From Pyrinomonadaceae bacterium (GTDB taxonomy: Bacteria; Acidobacteriota; Blastocatellia; Pyrinomonadales; Pyrinomonadaceae), in NCBI GenBank assembly GCA_035281525.1, contig DATEDU010000396.1:2660-66659 (forward strand): 64,000 nt of DNA, written 5' to 3'. A program made the translations under genes and the position numbers. This document shows, piece by piece, positions 45,572-55,413 of the stretch. The first letter of the stretch is position 1; each line of letters starts with the position of its first letter. The notes under the pieces were generated by a model, which did no database searches, was not told where the DNA came from, and saw nothing but the letters and a program-made list of their open reading frames with translations.

Positions 45572-47716
45572 TCAGTTAACGACGGTGAAGTCGACGCTGC
45601 GCGAAACGGTCTGCCGTTTCTTATCAGCCAGCGGATCGGTCGTGACCAGCGTCAATACATAACGACCTGGACTCACTTTGGACATCCCCAGTTGCCCGAC
45701 CCTGACTAACTCTCCAGAAGCACTGCCGGCCGTCGTAACAGGTTGCTCGGGTTCCTGGAAAAGCACTTTGCCGTTCTGACTGATGATCAATCGCGAACGG
45801 ACCTGAGGCTTGCCGCCCTCGGCTTTCGCGTTATAGATCACCGCGGCATATCGCAAGTCCTTATCGCGCGAAATGACTCGCGCCGCCGACAGTTGTACCG
45901 GAGTATCCCTGGTTCCGGGCGCGACCTCGTATAAAAGGATGCTGCTCATCAACAAACTCTTGCTAGACAAGTCGGGAACTTCGAAGTATCTCGAAACCGT
46001 TCCCAACTTGCCCGTTTCCGCTTCTCTTACAACCAACCTGACTTGATAGTAGCCCGGTGGTACTTGCGTACTGGCACTGTAGGTAATACCCGTGAGAAGA
46101 GCGCGTTGATAGTCTTGTTCCGTAAGATTCGCATTTACCGTTTCACTGAACCCGCCGCGCGAACGGCCTACCTGATCAAAAACGAAACCAACCACATCGA
46201 ACGACGCCTGGTACTTTCCATCTTCACTCTTCTTGAAGTTTAACTTTCGCGCGTTAAGGAATGTGTTGATATCCAGGTGTGCCTGGTTACTGGCAAACTT
46301 GTATTGAAGTTCTGCAGCGACATCCAGGGAGCGCTGAGCCAATGGCGATATTGCCGCATTGACGATCTGTTCTTCTTTGGTAGCGGCTGCCGCAGCTTTG
46401 TCCTCCCGGGCCACATAACCCTCCGACGAGAATATGCGTGCTCCAGGGCGACGAACCTTTACGTCGATGCTATGGTATTTGTTATCGAATTTCTCTGTCG
46501 GGCGGTAAGCGAGCCGGTAATAACCGCGACTACGTCCGAGTACCTTTTCGAGTCCTCCGGCAAAGTTATTGCTGTTCGTGACCGCGACACCACCAGTTCT
46601 TCCCGCTAGCTCACGTAGAGTAAGTAATTCGGTTGGCGGCTTGTCGCCGAGGCGGGCAGTGTCCATACCTCTACCAAAACCATCATTATTAATCCGGCCG
46701 CTGCTAATCTCGTCGGCGCTGGATAACAGTGCGCTCCGTCCGGGGGTGTCGTCGAACTTCGCCACTGCGCCCGCAACTTGAAGTGCTCGTATATCCATCG
46801 TGTTGATAACGACGCCCGAGCGAGTCGCATTGTCGGCAAATTTCTCAAAAATGTAACTCACGTCGCCGACTACGGAGCCGCCTCTGCTCAGATCGAACAA
46901 GGGCAGGCCGCCGGAGATCAAAACCAGATTCTTTCGGCCGGGAATCTGTCGCAAGGCATCAACGACTTGATTAGCGACTGATAAAGCAACGACTGCTCTG
47001 GGGACTTGATTGGTGCTTTCAGAGGGGCCTTCGAAATCCCCCATCGTGCTTACAGTTTCCGTTACAGTTGCGAGACCTGTTTCTCCCGAAGCGCTGGGTT
47101 GGGCGGAAATACGTCCTAAGTCCGAATTAGTGAAGGCGAGATGAGGTGGAATCGATCTCGGGCCCAGTTGAGCAATCGCGCGTTGCAGGATGGTTTTATC
47201 TGAGGTGAACTGCTCCAGTAAACCCATTCCGCCAATTGTACGAACGACCGCTACCAGGTCTCCATCCATCATCTTGGTATTAACGAAGTCAGAAAGCATA
47301 GCGCGCGCGCGCGCCATGTCATCATGAGGAATAGTGACATCGTCCACTACAAACGCGATGACGCGTTTGAGATCTTTTGCAGTTATGTCTCGAGAAACGG
47401 AAGTGTCAATGCCCGCCGCGGCCGCTATTTTAGCTGGGCCAGACCCTTCGGTACGTCCCGGTCCCTCCACACTGACAAACTCCATGAACTGCAGTTCCTG
47501 ACGTTTTCCGTTGTCGTAAACTTCAAAGTCTTCCAACTTCAGGTCGCTAATGATCTGTTCGTTCTTGTCCATCACCACTACGTCCGTCTGCACTAACTGG
47601 GTCGAGATACGGATGACGTCTTCAGGTGAGACTTGTTGTTGGTTTTGAGGTGTTTGTCCGGGTACCAAGCCCAAACAGAGACCCAGAATGAGACCGGCTG
47701 CCAATATCGTCCTCAT
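45572..47716 (-). CDS. VWA domain protein (VWFA-related acidobacterial type), long form
   Basis: Signal peptide. IRISTQLVQTDVVVMDKNEQIISDLKLEDFEVYDNGKRQELQFMEF. VWA core IAFVVDDVT. Confidence 0.85.
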   Translation of the reverse strand: MRTILAAGLILGLCLGLVPGQTPQNQQQVSPEDVIRISTQLVQTDVVVMDKNEQIISDLKLEDFEVYDNGKRQELQFMEFVSVEGPGRTEGSGPAKIAAAAGIDTSVSRDITAKDLKRVIAFVVDDVTIPHDDMARARAMLSDFVNTKMMDGDLVAVVRTIGGMGLLEQFTSDKTILQRAIAQLGPRSIPPHLAFTNSDLGRISAQPSASGETGLATVTETVSTMGDFEGPSESTNQVPRAVVALSVANQVVDALRQIPGRKNLVLISGGLPLFDLSRGGSVVGDVSYIFEKFADNATRSGVVINTMDIRALQVAGAVAKFDDTPGRSALLSSADEISSGRINNDGFGRGMDTARLGDKPPTELLTLRELAGRTGGVAVTNSNNFAGGLEKVLGRSRGYYRLAYRPTEKFDNKYHSIDVKVRRPGARIFSSEGYVAREDKAAAAATKEEQIVNAAISPLAQRSLDVAAELQYKFASNQAHLDINTFLNARKLNFKKSEDGKYQASFDVVGFVFDQVGRSRGGFSETVNANLTEQDYQRALLTGITYSASTQVPPGYYQVRLVVREAETGKLGTVSRYFEVPDLSSKSLLMSSILLYEVAPGTRDTPVQLSAARVISRDKDLRYAAVIYNAKAEGGKPQVRSRLIISQNGKVLFQEPEQPVTTAGSASGELVRVGQLGMSKVSPGRYVLTLVTTDPLADKKRQTVSRSVDFTVVN

Positions 47717-47812
47717 AGCGCAACTCCTCTCCAGTTGTGATGGATGGTAATCCGAAAAGATGGACGGGATTATAGTGCCAAACCTTCGTGAGTCCTAGTG
47801 GTAATAGTAAAA

Positions 47813-47902
47813 GCTAACAGCGAACAGCCAACAGCTAACAGCGGACAGCAAACAGCGGTTAGGCCGTTGGCTGTTGAGCTGGTAGCTGTTCGCGGGTTGC
47901 TG
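47813..47902. repeat. Inverted repeat of (A/G)ACAGC units
   Basis: Left arm gctaacagcgaacagccaacagctaacagcggacagcaaacagcgg pairs with right arm ccgttggctgttgagctggtagctgttcgcgggttgctg. Confidence 0.85.
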
Positions 47903-48130
47903 CCACCGACATACGAGAATCTGAATGATGGTACGAGATTTGGGTTCAACCTTAAAGTACGACTTGAGCACAGCCGTTAACAGCCCGCAAAAACGCCAAG
48001 AAATATCGCTTAAGCGCTCAGCGCCACGCTGGCTCGCAGTTGCAGGAAAGATTTTTTCTGGGCGGAGCTAATCATCTTTTTTGCATTGAGCATTCTCGCT
48101 GACCGGTTTCCTAAGATGACTGCCTTCCCC

Positions 48131-48169
48131 AAAGGAAAAGGCGAAGACAGCAAGAATGCCGTCTTCGCC
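48131..48169 (-). terminator. Rho-independent terminator for the 48202..51504 gene
   Basis: On the minus strand: ggcgaagac-N12-gtcttcgcc followed by ttttccttt. It lies 33 nt after the stop. Confidence 0.7.
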
Positions 48170-48201
48170 GAAGGAGACTGCAAACTTATCTGCCTGCTTG
48201 C

Positions 48202-51200
48202 CTAGAACGTAATTTTCAATCCCATCCTCATTGACCGCCCGCCTCCATTGGTAAGGTTGTAATTGAAATAGTTCCCAGCGAGGGTCGATGTCAGATTGTG
48301 ACCGGGAACGGCTGTGAACTGCGGATGGTTGAAGATGTTGAAGGCTTCAAGCCGATATTCGAGCTTGAGGTTCTCCCTGACTCGGAAGATCTTGAAGAAG
48401 CTCATGTCGAAGTTTTCAACAGGGTTCGTTCTCTCGGTATTGCGACCGAAGGTTGCGGCTCCTGGGAAACCAGTATTGGCCGCGACTTGAATCGCGTAAA
48501 CGTCATTGCGCGTAACACATTGACCTAATTCCGGGTTGCGCAGTCCGGTGGCACACGTCGCAATCGGAACTATTTGTGCGCGCGTATTGTGCGGAGCGTT
48601 GGGGTTACCCACGTCGGGTCGATCACTACCTGATAGGCCGTCACCATCACGATCCAATCCGTTAATTAGTGTGAACGGTGCTCCATCCTGGAAGCTCGTA
48701 ATGCCCGCTATCTGCCAGCCACCTAGCGCGTGGTTCAGGAAGCCATGGCGCGGCCCTGGGATCTCCCATACGTAACTAACGACGAAGCGGTGTTGCCGAT
48801 GATAGTCGGAAACTGCGCGATCCAATTGCAGGCCCCCCAGAAATCCGGGTACAGATGCCAGCGACGAGTTCGAGCTATCGGTCGCGAAAATCTCACTGAT
48901 CTGGTCGATCAGCTTCGACCACGTATACGACGCCGTCATCTGTAGTCCACGTGTCAACCGCTTATCAAGTCGCACCTGCATCGAGTGATAGTCAGAGTTG
49001 GCTCCACTTGTTCGGTAACGTCGGATGCCCAATGCGGGAAAGATTCGCTGTCCAGGGGTCGCCGGGTTTATGGGGTTTAGATCTTCAGTAACGAATAGCT
49101 TCCTCCCTGCCGATCCCACGTACGAAAGATCCATGAAGAAATTGGCTGGCAGGTCACGCTGCAAGCCAAAAGACCAGCGTTGCGTATACGGATTACGAAT
49201 GTTGGGGTTGAAAACCGACGTCTGTGTATCACGCGCAGTCGGAGCGCGAGGAGTGGAAGGAATCGCGCTCGGGAAAAAATTGGCTGATCCGCGACCCGAA
49301 GACGGCGCTGTCGTTGTGGTAGAAGTGTTATTTGGCGAGTCGGCGGCGATGTTCGAAAGCATGTTGTTAAAGAACGTGTCGTAACTGACCTGATAGCCGC
49401 CACGAATCACGCTCTTATTGTTTCCGAACAACCAACCGAAAGGCCCGCTTTCAAAGGTCGGCGTATAGGCAAAGCCGACTATAGGTCCGAAATTGTTGTT
49501 GTCCCGCTTGACGCTATTCGGCACGAGAAACTGAGCTGCGTCGAATCCAGCGAACGCTGGGAAACTAAAAGCGTTGTTAGCGGGCTGTCCAAAATTCTCG
49601 TAGCGAAGACCAAGCGTCAGTGTCAGATTCGGCGTTGTCTTCCAGGTGTCCTGAAAGAAGTAGCTCTGACGCAAGAGACTCGGATCATAGACTGGCTCGC
49701 CGAAGTTGATATTGGCGTTTCCGGTCTGACCGCTGAAGTTATCGACAAAGTTGGCAAGGCCTGACCAGGTTTCTATGACCTGGCCCTGCTGGTTGCGAAT
49801 AGTTGCCGCATTGAACGTGAACGATCCCCGCTCGTTGAAAGGTGGCCGCTGCTTGGCAGTTTGCTTTAAGAATTCCACACCAAAGCGGAACGTGTGCGCT
49901 CCGTGGACCTTTGACGTCGTGTTTTGCAACAAGAAGTTCTCTGCCTTACGGAATTGCGGGATGTTCGTGGCAATGCCGATTGCGGTAAGCCCGCTAATCG
50001 AAATGTTTGGCATCGTGAAAGCTAGCGGAGGCGCGTCCACTGAGATTGGGAAGTCAAAGTCGATCAATCCGTAAGGCGATACTCTAAACTCGTTGGTGAG
50101 ACTTGACGACATGACCCACGTGTGCGTTACCAGGAAGTTTCGGGACACACCCGCAAAGTCGCGAGTGAAACCTGGTGAGTTCATCGCCGTCGCCGGATTA
50201 ATAGTGTCATCGTCGGTATAACGGAAAGCGAGTTGATGGCTGTCGTTTACCTTGTGATCGACGCGAAACACCCACTGTCTGGTATCGGCAATTTGGGGCG
50301 CCGATACGCCGACACGTCCCACTTGGATTGAGCCGCGCACCACGGCGCTCGTCGGATCAAGTGATATGTTGCTGATATTTGTTAGACCCCTGGTGTTTCC
50401 GATAGCGTTCAAATAGAGATCAACGCGCGGATTGGCGCCGACGGGAAAGAGAGTGCGGAGCCGTTGCACGCCGAGCTCAGTCGGCACGGTGAAGGCACCG
50501 AAGCTTGTCGTCGACCGGAACCTATCCCACTGAAGTCCAAAGAAGAAGAACGTTCGATCGCGTCCTCGGTAGAACGAACGGCCGCCAATGCCGAATTTTG
50601 GTAATGGCAGTGGCCCGCCAATCGTGCCGCCGAAGACATTCTCGGTATAAACCGCGGGCTCGGTCAGTCCGTTGTTCCTATCACCGTTATCTAGAGCGTC
50701 AAAAACCTGCGAGAGGATCAGCCACTTCGCAGTGCCGTGAAAGTCATTCGTACCCGACTTGGTAATGATGTTGAAGACGCCACCACCAGCCCGGCCAAAT
50801 TCCGCGCTGAAGAGTCCAGTTTGCACCGAGACTTCCTGCACAGCATCTTCGTTATTAATTTGCATTGCTGGCCCAGTCACCGAGATGTCGTTGTTCTCGG
50901 TGCCGTCAATCAAGTAATTATTGCCGCGAGGTCGCTGACCATTGATTGAGAACTGCGAGGCATTTCCAAACTCAGCTCCACTGCCAGTAGCTGTAGCAAC
51001 TCCAGGTAACAGCCGAGCGAGGTTGTAGGGATTAAGAGTCCCGGAAGGCAGAGCCACTACTTCTCTCGTACCGAAATTCCCTCCTTTTACGGGCTCACTA
51101 GTTTGTAGGAGAAGTTCACCACCACTTGCGCTGACGTCGACCACGGTTTCCGTCTCGCCGATTTCAAGCTGCTGATCGACAGTGGCAGTGCGGTTAGCCT

Positions 51201-51504
51201 GGACTTCCAAGCCCGTGGTTTTCACGGTCTTGAATCCTTTAGCCTTAATCGTGAGCTCGTAAGTGCCGAGATCCACTGCGTCGAAGCGATAGATTCCCGA
51301 ATCGTTGGTAGTCACTGTTCTAACGTAATTGGTGGCCGAGTTCTTCAGTTCCACTTCAGCGCCTGCCACGACAGCTCCGTTCGGGTCGGTAACATTGCCG
51401 GAGACGGTTCCACGACTCGTTTGAGCCGAAATTGTGACTGCGGCAATCGACAGAAAAACGCCACAAAATAGCGAGGTCAGCAGTTGATTGAGTTTGGAAT
51501 TCAT
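48202..51504 (-). CDS. TonB-dependent-receptor-like outer-membrane beta-barrel with N-terminal carboxypeptidase-regulatory domain
   Basis: 1100 aa. Signal peptide. RGTVSGNVTDPNGAVVAGAEVELKNSATN...DLGTYELTI. FSINGQRPRGNNYLIDGTENND. Ends ...MRMGLKITF. Confidence 0.85.
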   Translation of the reverse strand: MNSKLNQLLTSLFCGVFLSIAAVTISAQTSRGTVSGNVTDPNGAVVAGAEVELKNSATNYVRTVTTNDSGIYRFDAVDLGTYELTIKAKGFKTVKTTGLEVQANRTATVDQQLEIGETETVVDVSASGGELLLQTSEPVKGGNFGTREVVALPSGTLNPYNLARLLPGVATATGSGAEFGNASQFSINGQRPRGNNYLIDGTENNDISVTGPAMQINNEDAVQEVSVQTGLFSAEFGRAGGGVFNIITKSGTNDFHGTAKWLILSQVFDALDNGDRNNGLTEPAVYTENVFGGTIGGPLPLPKFGIGGRSFYRGRDRTFFFFGLQWDRFRSTTSFGAFTVPTELGVQRLRTLFPVGANPRVDLYLNAIGNTRGLTNISNISLDPTSAVVRGSIQVGRVGVSAPQIADTRQWVFRVDHKVNDSHQLAFRYTDDDTINPATAMNSPGFTRDFAGVSRNFLVTHTWVMSSSLTNEFRVSPYGLIDFDFPISVDAPPLAFTMPNISISGLTAIGIATNIPQFRKAENFLLQNTTSKVHGAHTFRFGVEFLKQTAKQRPPFNERGSFTFNAATIRNQQGQVIETWSGLANFVDNFSGQTGNANINFGEPVYDPSLLRQSYFFQDTWKTTPNLTLTLGLRYENFGQPANNAFSFPAFAGFDAAQFLVPNSVKRDNNNFGPIVGFAYTPTFESGPFGWLFGNNKSVIRGGYQVSYDTFFNNMLSNIAADSPNNTSTTTTAPSSGRGSANFFPSAIPSTPRAPTARDTQTSVFNPNIRNPYTQRWSFGLQRDLPANFFMDLSYVGSAGRKLFVTEDLNPINPATPGQRIFPALGIRRYRTSGANSDYHSMQVRLDKRLTRGLQMTASYTWSKLIDQISEIFATDSSNSSLASVPGFLGGLQLDRAVSDYHRQHRFVVSYVWEIPGPRHGFLNHALGGWQIAGITSFQDGAPFTLINGLDRDGDGLSGSDRPDVGNPNAPHNTRAQIVPIATCATGLRNPELGQCVTRNDVYAIQVAANTGFPGAATFGRNTERTNPVENFDMSFFKIFRVRENLKLEYRLEAFNIFNHPQFTAVPGHNLTSTLAGNYFNYNLTNGGGRSMRMGLKITF

Positions 51505-51686
51505 CTTAATCCTCCACAGAAGGTGTCAGCCGGCTGGTTAAGCCGGTGAGCGTCGATTCGGTTATAAAGTTGACGTCGAAGGGGTGCATGCTCGTGTGAG
51601 CGCCGCCATTTCTATCATAAATTCGGATTGAAATCCAGAAAACCGAATGAGGACGGTGGGGATTTAAAAGAGAGTGCTAGAATCCG

Positions 51687-52769
51687 TTGCCTGACATGCC
51701 CGATATCCTGGCGTCCCAACTACAGGTGGCTCCGCTTGGCGCAGGCGATCTGATCGACCGCGCGGTCCGGCTGTATCGTCGCCATCTCTTCACGCTGATG
51801 CGCATCGGCGCTCCTCCAGTGGTAGTTTCGGCGGCGGGATCGGTACTCTTTTCCATTGCCTCCAAGAGAATCTTTACTGCGCCTGACAATGCAATGCTCG
51901 CCATGTATTTATTGTTGAGCGTTGCAGGAATGGTAACGGTCACTGCCGGATACATCTTCAGTCTCATTGTGATGGGTGGCGCAGCCCGCAATCTGGTCAC
52001 TCACTTGTTGTGGAACGAGCCCGTTTCGGTTCGCACAACTTACGCCGCGGTCAAGTCGCGCTTCTGGGCCCTGTTGGGCGCGAGTGTGATTATGCTGCTG
52101 TGGTTTTCGCTGTCGACTACGGTCGCATTTTTCGGCTGGTATACGGCATTCATTTTGGTGGCTGTAGGTGGAGTGGTGGTGACTCAGGTCGCGCCGATGT
52201 GGTTCTCGGTCCTCGTCTGGGTGATCGGATTCATTATGTCCGCAGTCGTTAGTTTGTGGCTGTTTTTCATTCTCATCGCACGCATTGCGTATGTACCGCA
52301 AGTCCTGCTTGTCGAAGGAAAGGGCGTGTTCGCTTCGGTGAGCAGAAGCTTTGCCCTGGCCAAGGGAAATGTGCGTCGCCTGATGGCCATGACGATTTTC
52401 ATTACGTTTGCATTTTATTCGGCGTTAATGATCCTGGTGGCGCCGCTGCTATGGTATGGTTACTTGAACGGCGTGGACCTGTCACCGTGGAGTGCATCTG
52501 AGTGGCCCACCTGGTACGCAGTCGCTAATGGCGTCCTTGGCCCCGTGAGCTCCATCTTACTCGCGCCTATCTGGATGCTTGGATTGTCGCTGTTATATGT
52601 TGACGAGCGAGTACGTCACGAGGGCTACGACATCGAGCTGATGGCCGCCCGGCAGTTGCCGAAAGTTCCAAACATGAATGTCGTGTCACCTTATGCTCCG
52701 GCGATTGTCATGGAAGCAGAACGTCTCATGCCTCCGCAGCGTTCACCAAACGTGCTTGGTCTGGGTTAG
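51687..52769 (+). CDS. Hypothetical polytopic membrane protein (first gene of the MoxR cluster)
   Basis: 360 aa with about 7 hydrophobic helices. No confident family assignment. Confidence 0.65.
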   Translation: MPDMPDILASQLQVAPLGAGDLIDRAVRLYRRHLFTLMRIGAPPVVVSAAGSVLFSIASKRIFTAPDNAMLAMYLLLSVAGMVTVTAGYIFSLIVMGGAARNLVTHLLWNEPVSVRTTYAAVKSRFWALLGASVIMLLWFSLSTTVAFFGWYTAFILVAVGGVVVTQVAPMWFSVLVWVIGFIMSAVVSLWLFFILIARIAYVPQVLLVEGKGVFASVSRSFALAKGNVRRLMAMTIFITFAFYSALMILVAPLLWYGYLNGVDLSPWSASEWPTWYAVANGVLGPVSSILLAPIWMLGLSLLYVDERVRHEGYDIELMAARQLPKVPNMNVVSPYAPAIVMEAERLMPPQRSPNVLGLG

Positions 52770-52798
52770 ATTCTACGAGTGAAAAACTCTCATTCTTC

Positions 52799-53830
52799 AT
52801 GCGCTTGTTAATCCGAATTGCTCTCACAGTTCTTCTCCTACAACTGCTTGCCACAGTGTGCCTGGGAACTCCCCTAAACGAATACCGCAAGCATCTGGAG
52901 AGCGCAGCTACCGCAATGGACACTCTTGGCCAAGTTGATGAGAGCGAGTCGGAAGCTGATCGTGCAGCACGTTTTAACGAAACGATCGCGGCAGTGCGCG
53001 CTGCTGTACCGGAAACCGAGGATGTGGAATGGCAGGGCGTCGCGTTTCGCGTTGATAACTCGTGGCTTCATCGCGAACTCCAAACGTTTGAGAAGGGCGA
53101 CCCAGCACTTCGAAGCCTCACCCTGAAACGAATTACGGAACGCCTTCAGGGAACCGCTCAACGAGTCGAAGAGATTGAAAAGTCTGAGCTGGTTTCAGCG
53201 GCCAGTAAAGCGGAAGCTCGGCAAAAACTGACGCAGATTCTCCAACGCCCTGAATACGCTCACAAGCCTCAGGAGGCGAGCGCATTGGCGCGTCTGTTGG
53301 AGAGATTCATCAAATGGTTGCAGAGTTTCTTTCCGGAAAGGCAACCGACCGGGGGCGGCGCCGATATTCTTAGTCTGATTGCGCAAATCGTGGTGGTATT
53401 GCTGGCGTTGGGCGTCATCGTGTATGCCGTCCGGTTGTTTGCGCCCAGGTTTTTCCGCCGGAGACGATCCAGAAAGAAGGAAAAATCAGGTCCAAGGATC
53501 GTTCTGGGAGAGAAGCTTCAACCCGATCAGACTGCGGTTGATTTGTTGGCGGAAGCCGAAGCTCTGGCCCAACGAGGCGAGCTGAGGGCAGCTATTCGCA
53601 AAGCCTACATCGCTTTGCTGGTTGAGTTGGGCGACCGGAAAGTAATTAGCCTCGCCCAACACAAAACAAATCGTGATTACCTCGCGGCCATCAGAGAACA
53701 CGTATCCCTCTACGGCTACGTCAAGCAGCTCACGGACAGTTTCGAGCGACATTGGTACGGGTTTGCTAAAGCGACTGATGCCGACTGGGTGACATTTCGT
53801 GCCGGTTATAAACAAGCATTAATTCAGTGA
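52799..53830 (+). CDS. DUF4129 domain membrane protein
   Basis: Signal/TM at the N-terminus, central TM ILSLIAQIVVVLLALGVIVYAV followed by an RRRRSRKKEK stop-transfer. C-terminal HKTNRDYLAAI...LTDSFERHWYGFAKATDADW matches the DUF4129 pattern. Confidence 0.7.
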   Translation: MRLLIRIALTVLLLQLLATVCLGTPLNEYRKHLESAATAMDTLGQVDESESEADRAARFNETIAAVRAAVPETEDVEWQGVAFRVDNSWLHRELQTFEKGDPALRSLTLKRITERLQGTAQRVEEIEKSELVSAASKAEARQKLTQILQRPEYAHKPQEASALARLLERFIKWLQSFFPERQPTGGGADILSLIAQIVVVLLALGVIVYAVRLFAPRFFRRRRSRKKEKSGPRIVLGEKLQPDQTAVDLLAEAEALAQRGELRAAIRKAYIALLVELGDRKVISLAQHKTNRDYLAAIREHVSLYGYVKQLTDSFERHWYGFAKATDADWVTFRAGYKQALIQ

Positions 53831-53846
53831 GGTCCTTTCTGCGTTC

Positions 53847-55298
53847 ATGCGACAGCGATTAGGTTTGCCCATTACCATCGTGGTTGTGATCGGAGTGTTG
53901 ATAGGTATCAGCGCGCTGTCGCAAGTTTCACAAGAGAAGCCGCAGGACAGTGAATTGGCGCCGAACAGATCGACGTACCACTCGGGCCCTACCGGGACGC
54001 GTGCCCTTTATGATTTTCTGAACGAATCGGGATACAAGGTGATGCGTTGGCGCGAGATTCCGCAGAAATTGTTGACTGCTAAGCAGACTGTCCAGACGTT
54101 CGTGATCGTTGGCCCAACGCCCTTAGACATGGAAGAGGAAGAGGCAACGAGCCTTATCTCATGGGTTGAGCGTGGCGGGAGGTTGGTGCTCGTCGATCGT
54201 GAGCCAGAGTCGATCCTGACGCCGGCGTCGGGAAACTGGAGCGTGAGCACGCAGTGGGGAAACTTACCGTCGCCTATTGTTGATCCCGGGAACACGGAAC
54301 AGATGATCGAGAACGTTAAGGCCCTACAACCCGTGCAACCCACTTTGCTGACTTGGAATGTCGAAAATGTGATGCCCTCGAGATTCGCTTCCCAAATAAA
54401 TGTCAGCCGAGTCCCGGAAAGCCCGCAAGCATCAGCAACTCCAGTTCAAAGTTTTCCTATTGCAGACGACGAAGAATCTGAGGCCAGTCCCTCGCCAGAA
54501 GAAACAGAGGCCAGCGCCTCGCCAGAAGCTGCAGCGGATGAGGCAGAATCGGAACCCACTCCGATGCCGGCACCACCCGTCCAACAGGCGAGTACGATGT
54601 CGCCGGCACCGGTTGTCCACTTAACGTATTCGAATGGAGCGTTGTTAGTGGACTATCCAGTTGGACGAGGTCGCATTATAGTGCTCAGCGATCCGTACAT
54701 CTTTTCAAACGGTGGCATTAGTTTAAGGGACAACTTGCAATTGGCTATCAACATGCTGTCGTCCGGCGGAGGCTTAATTGGTTTTGACGAGTATCATCAT
54801 GGCAAAGCAGTCAATCAAAACGCGTTCGTCAGTTATTTTGCTGGAACGCCCGTGATTCCGATTCTGGGCCAAGTGACGTTGCTGATCCTGGTGCTGCTGT
54901 GGACACGCGGACGGCGTTTTGGGCGTCCGCTGCCGCTGGCGCAAGTCGACCGGCGCTCGAGCCTCGAGTTTGTCGCCTCGATGGCCGAACTCCAACAACG
55001 CGCTCGCGCTTTCGATCTCGCGCTTGAAAATATCTACGCGCGGACGCGTCGAGTGCTGGCACGCTACGCAGGTACGGACTACAGCACGTCTCGCTCGCAG
55101 ATCGCTTCGCTGGTCGCTGCCCGTTCATCTGTTGATGCGCATGAGCTGGAAGTTTTGATGCGGCAGTGTGAAGACGCCATTAACGGCGAGCCGATAAGCG
55201 AGCGCCAGACATTGCTCTTGGCGAAGCGTCTGCGCGATATCGAGGGGCTATTGGGCATGCGAATGCGCTCTCGCGACATACGACAGGCAACACAATGA
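53847..55298 (+). CDS. DUF4350 domain membrane protein
   Basis: N-terminal TM followed by NRSTYHSGPTGTRALYDFLNESGYKV...FVIVGPT...LISWVERGGRLVLVD (DUF4350 pattern). Acidic Ser/Pro/Glu-rich linker and a second TM. Confidence 0.7.
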   Translation: MRQRLGLPITIVVVIGVLIGISALSQVSQEKPQDSELAPNRSTYHSGPTGTRALYDFLNESGYKVMRWREIPQKLLTAKQTVQTFVIVGPTPLDMEEEEATSLISWVERGGRLVLVDREPESILTPASGNWSVSTQWGNLPSPIVDPGNTEQMIENVKALQPVQPTLLTWNVENVMPSRFASQINVSRVPESPQASATPVQSFPIADDEESEASPSPEETEASASPEAAADEAESEPTPMPAPPVQQASTMSPAPVVHLTYSNGALLVDYPVGRGRIIVLSDPYIFSNGGISLRDNLQLAINMLSSGGGLIGFDEYHHGKAVNQNAFVSYFAGTPVIPILGQVTLLILVLLWTRGRRFGRPLPLAQVDRRSSLEFVASMAELQQRARAFDLALENIYARTRRVLARYAGTDYSTSRSQIASLVAARSSVDAHELEVLMRQCEDAINGEPISERQTLLLAKRLRDIEGLLGMRMRSRDIRQATQ

Positions 55299-55302
55299 GG
55301 AA

Positions 55303-55370
55303 GTGATAAGTGATGAGTGATAAGTGATAAGGACGGAAAACCTTATCACTCATTACTTATCACTTATCAC
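55303..55370. repeat. 30-bp-stem inverted repeat of GTGATAA units inside the MoxR cluster
   Basis: Left arm gtgataagtgatgagtgataagtgataagg pairs with right arm ccttatcactcattacttatcacttatcac across the 8-nt loop acggaaaa. It starts 5 nt after the stop at 55298 and ends 44 nt before the ATG at 55414. Confidence 0.9.
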
Positions 55371-55413
55371 TAACAAAAAGTTCTTCGAATCTTAGTTTTC
55401 TTCTGAACCTAAT

